Assembly (NCBI GenBank): GCA_021613535.1
Contig: CP075493.1
Span: forward strand, 8,122,001 to 8,186,000
From: Adineta vaga
Taxonomy: Eukaryota > Animalia > Rotifera
DNA: 64,000 nt
Direction: 5' to 3'
The notes under the pieces were generated by a model. The model saw nothing but the letters and a program-made list of their open reading frames with translations. It had not been told where the DNA came from and did not search any database. This document shows, in pieces, positions 40,901 through 50,596 of this stretch; position 1 is the first letter of the stretch; each line of letters begins with the position of its first letter. The translations under genes were made by a program, and so were the position numbers.

Positions 40901-43900
40901 AGTAACCCAGGATACATCAGCTTCAATACCAAGTGTATCCAGTTCAACTAACACGACTACAATCACTGGAACAATGCCATCAATAACCGCTACTATTTCT
41001 GGTTCAACTAGCACAGCAAATCCAACATCAATCATAGGAATTAGCGCAACAGTACCAGTAACACACGAAACGTCAGCATCAAATTCAGAAACAAGTGTTT
41101 CCAGTTCAACAAGCACAATCACAGCCACCGGAATCGTCCCGTCAGCAACTTCTGACTCTATTACTTCGGGCCAGTCCTACAACAATGAGTGACACCACTG
41201 GAACAGCAGCAACACAAACCATCGCAGGTGCCGTTAGTTCAACGAGTACAACTGGAACGATTGGATCGACATCATCAACAATAACTGCTACTTCGGGTTC
41301 ACCTAATCCAATAGTTAGCACATTAATGACTGGATCAGCTGCAACGGTAACACATGAAACGTCAACATCTGGAGTCACCACAAGTGTAACTAGTTCTTTG
41401 AATACAGCTTCAGCTACTGCAACCGTATCATCAGCCACATCTGCTAATTCGACCGCTATTAATCCAGTGAGTATAACAACAATCGCTAGAACCAACGCAA
41501 CAGCAACACACGACACATCGGCCTCGACTTCGAGCACAGGTGTAACTAGTTCGCTTAATACAGCTGCAGTTACTGGAACGGTGCCATCAGTAACATCCAC
41601 TACTTCAGGCGCTACCAGTAGTTCGACTAATCCAGTATCAATTACCGAAGGAATTTCGACAGCATCGGAAGCTATCACAAGTGGAACTAGCACATTAAGT
41701 ACAGCTGCTGTCACCGGAACAGTGCCATCAGTAACATCCACTACTTCAGGCGCTACTATTAGTTCGACTAATCCAGTATCAATTACCGAAGGAATTTCGA
41801 CAGCATCGGAAGCTATCACAAGTGGAACTAGCACATTGAGTACAGATGCTGTCACCGGAACAGTGCCATCAGTAACATCCACTACTGCAGGCGCTACTGT
41901 TGCAATTAGTACAACAACCGTCACAGGAACAGTGCCAATGTCCTCGAGTGAATCTTCAATCTCAGGTTCTACTAGTTCAGTCACTGGCGTTACTATTACG
42001 GGAACAATAGGAACGGTGACACTTGTTACTTCGAGTACAGACAGTTTGATCAATTCAACGACAATTACGGAAACAACTACTTCGATGAACACAACTTCAA
42101 TCACACCTACGAATTCAGATTCAACCGGCTCTGCAGATACATCTTCTCATACTGGAACAGAGGCAACATTGACTGTTGAATCTTCTACATTAACAGGTGC
42201 TCTGAATACAACTGGGTCTGTTAGTACAAGTGGTACGATAACCGATCAATCTTCAATTTCGACTACTCTAATTACAATTACAGAAACAATACCATCGGTA
42301 ACAAATGCTACTGCGAACTCTACTATTCCGACTAGTACAGTTACGGTGACAGAAGCAGCAACGACATTGACTGGAACTTTCCACACTGATCAATCTTCAA
42401 CTTTGTCCGCTACTGCTAGTTTAACGAATACAACTTCAAGCACAGGAATAGTACCAACGATGACATCTGAATCTTTGACATTGGTGGTGACCGCGGATAC
42501 GACTAGTTCTAGCAACGCAACTATGTCATCTGGTATCTCAGTTACGACTGTTTCGAGTAATACAACGGTACATATTAGTACAGCAGCAATTGTGACTGAT
42601 GGTGCTTCTACAACAGGAAGTTCAATTAATTTGACTGTTACAACACAAATACCAACCATTGAAATCTCAACGATTTCGGGAACCAACACATCAGTTCCCG
42701 AAACATCTACTTCATCGATAGGAACTGATACGACTATGTCAAGTAGCACCGCAGCACCAATAACAACTAGCACAACACAACTTTCGACGACAACGACAAC
42801 GATAACAACAACAACAAGTTCATCTACAACGACGGTTACTACCACAACAACAACAATTACTGTAACTGCTATTACGCAAAGTAACAAGCTTATTTATCGA
42901 TTTTGTCAACTAGTATTATTTATCTCATCTCTTTCTAGACTGTATATGGTCAAATTGGATTCCACTTACTAATTGTACGCCTTCCTGCGGTATAGCATAT
43001 CGACAATTGAGTCGATCGTGTATTGACTCTATTTCTGGTCAAAGTTGTAATACTAACGATTGTAGTAGTGGTAATGCTACACAAAATGAATTATGTACTA
43101 CCTCTCCACCTTGTGAAAGTAAGTTATACTATTTATCAATTCAGACTCATTGAACATTCTCTTTATTTCTCTTTCCCTTAATCATATATAGCGCTTACTG
43201 TTACACTATTGCCAAATACACGTGATCCAAACTTACGAATTTCTTCTTATGTATTACCAGATGCAATGTATTTTTTTGAAGAAACTTATCGTCGTATTTG
43301 GGTATGACTATTATTACTTCTTTTACTTTGATTTACATAAAAAGATCATATCTGTTCATTTGATAGATTACAAATAAAGGTTATATTACTTTCGATACAC
43401 CTTATTATGGTCAAACAATGACTCGATCGACTTTTCCACAACTTTCTAACCAAGCAGTTGCAGCTCCATTTTGGACTAATTTAACTTATGATTATGTAAG
43501 TTTAATCACATTATCTTCTTTTTGCAAACTTTAATCACCATATATTTATAGACAAATTCAAATATAACAATTAATTGGTTTAATTCAATTAATGCTAGTC
43601 AAAGTGAAATAAATGCTTATTATCCTATTATTCAACAAACGATAAGTGAAGCATGTCCAACACAATCTTGTTCATTGAACCTAGCAGCAAGTCGAGCTGT
43701 TCGAATCGAATGGAAAAATCTCACCTATCAATTACCAGATAATAATCAATTTATAGTAATTAGTTTTTCATTGATCACGTCTTCTATTAAAGCTTTTCTT
43801 TTAGAATGTCACATTTGCTGCTTATTTGATTAACACCTATGATACTTCATCGTCATCATATCCAATTCTTCGATCTTATCTTGCATTTGATTATAGTAAC

Positions 43901-46900
43901 CTAATACAAAATCTCGGTTCACTTCGACCATTTGTGGGTATGTACCATCAAATATTTATATCTTAATCGATTCAAATGAATGAAAATCATTTAGGTTACC
44001 GTGGAAGATATTCTCTGTTACAAATTCTTAATGATCCATCATATAATCAAAATGCTAGATTTCTAAGTACATTTGATCAAATTATCAATTTTTTCAAGAA
44101 AAAAGAACTTTTTCGATTTCTAGGACAATCTTCACATAAAAGTTTTTATATTGGTGGTCGATTCTTAACTCAATGTGAAGTTTCCTATTTACAGGAAACA
44201 GCATTCAATGCTTTAAATCCTTCTGAAAATCTCAATGATATTGTGTATGTTACTATTCTTTTCTATTTCAGATCGAAATTTTATACTATTCGTTTGTTTA
44301 GAAACAATCCAAGATTTCCATGTCCATGTACACTTGGTCAAGCACGAGCAGATCGTCGTTTTAGTCGATTATCTAGTGAAACATTCTATGAATCGTCACA
44401 AAATGTCGTCTGTTACGGACCCATGATTCTCAATTGGGTTCGTTGGAAATCGTCTTTTAAAAATCTTCGTCCACAAGTAAAGAAATTCTTTCGAGAAATT
44501 AAAAAGAAAAATCATTATTTTCCTTTGTTAGACATGTTGCTACAAACAAAATAATGGTGGTTTATTAACATATGGTAGTTTTGCTGGTTCAGTTCTATCG
44601 AATGCGTTGAATATCTTTCAACTATTTCCTTGGCAAAGACGAATATCATTTCAGTATGTTTCATTTATTTAAATTATATCAGAAACTTATCATTCTTTTG
44701 CTTTCAGTGATCAATGTTGTTCACCAGTATTTTTTCGTGGACCATCAGTCGATAATCCTTGTCGTCTTTATTATCAAGTTCATCCAGCAAGTACTTGCAA
44801 TGGATATCAAGCAACTGAAATAGGTAAAACAAAACTTGAGTTTTCATATTTCTATTCTAATTCTGGGAAAATAATTTATCTTATAGTCACAAATGTTGGC
44901 GATCCGCACATCGATACTATTGATAATGGTCGTTATACATGTCATATTCAAGGTCTATTCGTATTTGCACAAACTACTGCTAATGCTAATCAAACTGCTC
45001 TATATAATTTAAATAATGTTAATGTTTCTGATACTAATTTGATCTATCCAGAAGATTTATTCTATATATACGTTCGTTCTGCTTCCATATCACCAGCATT
45101 ACCTTATGTTGAACGAATGCAAGGCTATGCATCGATATTTTCGACTTTTATCATTGGTGCTGGAAATTATACATTTACTATTAGTAATGTTAATGGGAAA
45201 TTTGGTAAGATGAATATATTGAATAAGAGAAATATTATGAATATTTGTTTCTATTCACAGGCTTTACGGCAAGTAATAATTTAGAAAATGTATCATTGAC
45301 AAATACTTTAGCTAATAATTTAAATTATGATTCAATCAATCTCACTAATTTAAATGATAGATATATGTATCGAGTAAAACAAATCAGTATATCTATTTCA
45401 AATACAACAGTTCCTCAATTAACACTTGCTCTTTGGTCTGGTCTTTCAATACAATGTCAAATTATGGTGGACAATCTAGAATGCATTGTATCGTTACCAC
45501 AAAAATATCGTACCCATATCGAAGGTTTAGCGGGTAATTTCAATGGACTTTATAGTGACGATTTAATTAATCGTCAAACGAATCAAACTGTTTCGATTTT
45601 GCCATCGGACAATCAAACAGCTGTCGTAAATGATATGGATATTCTCAATGCTTGTCTTTCATGTAAGTTTCTTCTTTTATTTGTCACACAGACTTGATTG
45701 AAGATTTGTTTGTTGCTTTTTTTTGTTACATAGGGAGAGTATCGAGTGATACAACAGCAAATATAACGAAACCAATCATGCCATCGACTTTAGTCGATTG
45801 GTATTATAATAGTGCTTCAAGTATACTTACAAGTTTGAATTCACGTCTAAATCAAAGTCAAGTCAATCAAACATGTTCATCAAGTATAGAATGTGTTCAG
45901 GATTATATCGTTCGAGTAAATCCAATTGCTAGCGGTGCAACAGCTTTACTATTAAATTCATATCGAGAAGCACGAACATTATTAGGTAAGATTTCTGTTT
46001 CTCTATTCATCTCGTTTCGATTCAATGTTCGTTCATTTCTATAGCTGAAAAGCCACCGATAATCAATGTTTCGTCAACCGTTCAAATACCGTTATCATAT
46101 AATGTAACTGATCGTAATTATTCATTACCTATAAGTATTAGTGGAGCAAGTAATACAATAGTTTCCATTTCTACAAATGGTACAGTGAATGCAAGTACTT
46201 TTCAAGGTTCATCTATCAACATTCCAATACCAAATAATACTTATACCTATGTTGATGTTTCGTAAGTGATTTTTAATTGAATAGTTTATATAATTTTTGT
46301 GTTTTTTTTATAGTCTAACAATTGTATATGGCACAAATTCGACATTAATAAACTATTTGAAAATTATCGCTTGTCTATGTATAGATAGTCTCTATTGCGA
46401 TTATGCAGAAACAACAATTTTATCTGAGAATTATGAACTTGCATCGTGTAATTGTCCTGATCAATATGATGGTATATAATAGAATGAAAAGAATTTAGAT
46501 TCATTATTGAATAACTTTCTTTGTGCTGCATAGGAATATTTTGTCAACTTTCATATGATGGTTGCAATTCGAGTAGTGCTTGTCGAATAAATTGGAATAA
46601 CGGTACTGGATGTGTTCCATTAAGTCCAACTGACCAAATGGCACAAAATCATTCGTATATTTGTAATGGAACATGTTCAAAAGGATACAGTTCACAGAAT
46701 CAATATACTTGTGAAGGTAAGAAGTCTGTCGAATGTTTAAAAGATGATTTATAGTTTATTATTTAGATGAAAATGAATGTCAAAACAATCCATTGCAATG
46801 CGGCAATGGTACATGTATTAATCTGATTGGATCATTCACATGTAATTGTACGGATGGTTATCGATTTGAAAATGATACATGTATACGTAAGTTGTTTTTG

Positions 46901-49891
46901 TTCTGATAGAAATCTTAGAATAAAAATATATATTTTTCTATCTTTGTTCACAGCGATCAACAAATGTGCAGAACCGAATATTGATGGCAGTTTCACATCT
47001 TTCTGTAATGAATCGCAAGAATGTGAATATGTAAATGGTAGTTTTACATGTGCATGTAGTCCTGTTTTTAATTCTACGGGAACTTGTGCTTGTATGTATA
47101 CTATCGTAGAATATTCTTAACTAAATATCTCTCTAAATAGATAATTCAAGTCTTTGTGTTAATGATACTTGTACTAGCAGTACTGATAACAATACCATCT
47201 CATGTTTACATGGTACCATTAAACAAAATAACAGTTGCATTCGTAAGATTAATTTTGAAAAAATAAATAGAACTATTATTCGTTTTTAGCTTGGTGTCAA
47301 TCATCATGTCCAAACTTTTGTGAACGTGTAAATGGATTTTATCAATGTAATTGTATGAAACAACCTGGATTTCAACATTCTGATGATGGCAAACAATGCT
47401 TACGTATGAATCGATTCGCTTGACAGTATGTTCTTGATGAATTATTCTTTTTCATTGTAGCATGTGGAAATTTAAATTATGGTTACGGTTGTAATGAAAC
47501 TTGTCAATGTGGTTTTGGTACTTGTAACGCTAATGCAACCAGTATTAATGAAAGTTGTACTTGTGATTCTGGATATGAACGACCACTTTGTAATAAACGA
47601 ATAGATATCTGTGGTACGAATTTGAATGCTCATTTTATATACACCCATTATTATTTCACTACGTTTCTTTTGTTTTTTAGCTACGGGCTCATATTACAAG
47701 AATGTCTAACAGATCCTAGTACTGGAAATGCTATTTTGATTTGTATGCCTGGTTATGAAATGAATTCAACAACTGGTAATTGTACAGGTAAGAATAATTA
47801 TGATGAAATACAATCTTAAGATTTATTAATATTTATGTATAGATGTGAATGAATGTGCAAATGATCAAGATCATTGTAATGTTGATGTTTCATCATGTGT
47901 GAATACAATTGGAAGTTATCGTTGTGATTGTTTAACTGGTTATCGGGTTAGAAACGAATAATTTGCATTTTTCTTTTCTTTATTGATTCATTGAATTCAC
48001 TAGTCTATTAATGGTTCTTGCGTTGATATTAATGAATGTGAAGAAAATTCATCAACTTGTTTAGTCTATGATAATACATATTGTGCAAATATTCAAGGTT
48101 CATATGAATGTCGATGTAATTACAATTATTCATTAGGAGGTATAGAAATGTTGATTATTTAATACAGTAAAACAAAGTTCTTCTGTTCTTGTTTCCATAG
48201 GAGATTATACTCAACAATTCGAAAATGCTCGTAATTCAAATCAGACATGTTTACCAATAAATTATTCTGCATATTGTCAAAATCAATGTCAAGCACCAGC
48301 AAGTTGTAGTGCAACAACAGGTCGATGTGAATGTCCATCATCAAGCTATACACTTGTTGAATATGCATTAAATCAAACTCTGGAAACATGTCAATGTCCG
48401 GGTCATCCATTTATTTATTTTAATGGATCGAGTTGTATCAATGCGACTGGTAAACAGAAGAAAACGATTTTCTTTTGATGTTAATATTAGTCTTTTATAG
48501 GTGAAACATGGTTTCTACTTGATTTTCAATTTAAATCACGTACTCGCGTTATATCTATTAATACACCAGGTTCAGTTGCGGTACAAAATGATGTATGATT
48601 CCATTATACATTTTTTCAATCTTGATTTTAATATTTGATACGTTTTTGTTTTTACAGATAACAAATATTTTATTGGATATGAATATAACATGCAATGGAT
48701 CATGTATAAAATTGTTTAATACAGAGTAAGTTGAATGAATTCATTTTCATACAAATATTGATGTAATATAATCTACTAGGGATTTAACACCTCCTGATCT
48801 TCAACTTATGGTAACATTAGATGTTATTCTCAATGTTACAGAACGAATAATATTGGTCAATCGTTTACTTAATGATAGTGTTACTTATAATGATAGTTAT
48901 ATTTTATCAATGATACGAATTATTATGAATCCATCAACAAATATCTTGAGTAAGAATGAATGAAAAAGACAAATGTTTGATTAAATGTATTGTTCTCTTC
49001 TTTCTAGTTAATATTTCAACTGTTCAACCGGCTTGTCAAGAATGTGTCTATATGGATGCAGGTGTTTGTTGGACAAATCGTAGCAGTTGTACTTGCTTTG
49101 CTGGTCATGAAGGATACCTTTGTCGACTTGCTTCTTCAACACCATCACTTTCATCTCAATCACCAGAAACAAATTGGACTGTCATTGTGGCTGTTGTTAG
49201 TGCCATTGCTGGCCTTTTATTTATCATTTCAATTGCTATGTGTGTATTCTATTGTGTTAAAAAACGGCAACCATCTGAAACAGAAATGAAAACACCAGTA
49301 CAACGTCCACAATTTGTCTTACCACGTGTTCATATTCCAACCATGGGTACTGGTAGTCGAGCTTTAAATGCTTGGGATGGTTTTAGTCTTGATAATACTT
49401 ATGATGAACAATATGTCGATGCATCCGATTCATTTCCATCAAGTTCATCGACAACGTATAATACGACTTATCATACGAATGGTCAACATCCCGAAGCCGA
49501 TTTTGGTATATTTGATGAATTAGAAAATCGTATACCCATGTCGAAAGGCCATATACCGCGACCACAAATGGTCAATATTCTTGGAACATTAAATAGTTTA
49601 CCGAGTCAAGAAAGATTTGATGAACCATCAGGAGATGAAAATACAATTTCAGATTTTCGTGATATTGATGATATTGAATTAGTCACCGATATGTTAGATG
49701 ACATGACCAAAGATGATGACGTGGACGATGAATTTGTTGAAGCCTTAAATCCAAATTTATCTATACCAAGATTAGCTCTACACCCGGAAACACAACCATC
49801 AGGATGGTTTCCAGTATGTTTAAAACAATGAAAATCTTGTTCTTCTTACATTGTCTTTCTTTTTCTATTTTAGTTCTTTCGAAATTCGTAG
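34980..49891 (+). CDS. Giant MUC4-like membrane mucin C: signal, DGSG, S/T, SEA-like+EGF, S/T tandem repeats, TSP1, NIDO, AMOP, VWD, EGF/cbEGF, SEA-like+EGF, TM, tail (three apparent frameshifts in the repeat exon)
   Basis: Signal MNVQNTIRLLSVAYLISLMAITSVLS; RHKR; VDGSGS; TSP1 WSNW...CTPSCG...RQLSRSC at about 42940; NIDO-like ITNKGIITF...AVAAPFWTNL; AMOP CPCTLGQARADRRF; VWD GDPH at 44898 and IEGLAGNFNG; cbEGF DENEC/DVNEC/DINEC; TM WTVIVAVVSAIAGLLF; last micro-exon 49874-49891 (FFRNS*). Confidence 0.85.
39089..40930 (+). repeat. Coding mucin tandem repeat, about 12 units, mostly about 138-165 nt
   Basis: Unit approximately TSGPATISDSTTQTGSTTTTGTGTSASSSITGVSSSINTATVTGAA, with an optional ..ATVTHDT insertion. 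The anchor ACATCAGGACCAG recurs throughout. Confidence 0.92.
41560..41890 (+). repeat. Second coding repeat, 141-nt unit x about 2.3
   Basis: TAAVTGTVPSVTSTTSGAT.SSTNPVSITEGISTASEAITSGTSTLS starts at 41560, 41701 and 41842. Confidence 0.9.
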
Positions 49892-50596
49892 ATAAACATA
49901 TTCAATATGTAATATCAAATCGATTTTATTATTCATGCGACTGCTGGTTCAGTCTAATTCATATCGTTTTCATATATATATAACTACATGTTCTTCAATT
50001 TTTTTTCATTCATAACATCTTCTTCTTTTTCTTTACTTGTTCATTTTGTTTTCATACGTTATCATCCCGAGTGATTTCTCATATGAGAAAGCTCAGCATT
50101 CAGTGATGTTCATACAGATGATAGAAAATAAGAAAAATAGTGAAGACTTGGTTTTCTTTATTTACCTGATTATCTTCTACATATATATATATATTCTTAT
50201 TTTTTTTTGGCTCGATTGTTGTTTGTACAAATAAAATAATATATTATACATTTGGAGGGAGATTATTCAATAATAATATTTCGATTCCGAATACGCATTG
50301 TACTATTCATCGAATAGAATCATTCAAACCTCGAGTAGTTCAATTTGTTATAGGTAATATTAGAATTCATTGATTTGATTTAATGACCATATATTACATA
50401 GATTTATTTGTAAACGGGAATAATAATAGTAATAACAACAAAGATAAGTCTCGAACAAAAAAAAATATGACTAGTGAAGAACATCTATTACGAGAAGAAA
50501 AAAAGTAGAGTAATGTTTTGTTATTTGTATGATTTGATGAGATACGTGAAAGATTTAGTGTTCTTTGTTTTCTTGTACACTAAATTGATTGAATTC

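Noticed and set aside
39089-40930. Regular repeats superficially like a CRISPR array
   Set aside because: No unique spacers, in-frame coding mucin VNTR, eukaryotic context and no cas genes.
38535-41170. Programmed ribosomal frameshifting in the mucin
   Set aside because: No shared slippery heptamer or structure. Homopolymer consensus error is the simpler explanation.
37999-42887. Long Val-rich minus-strand ORFs (for example 41142-42104; similarly 29625-29990)
   Set aside because: Antisense shadows of Thr/Ser-rich mucin codons.
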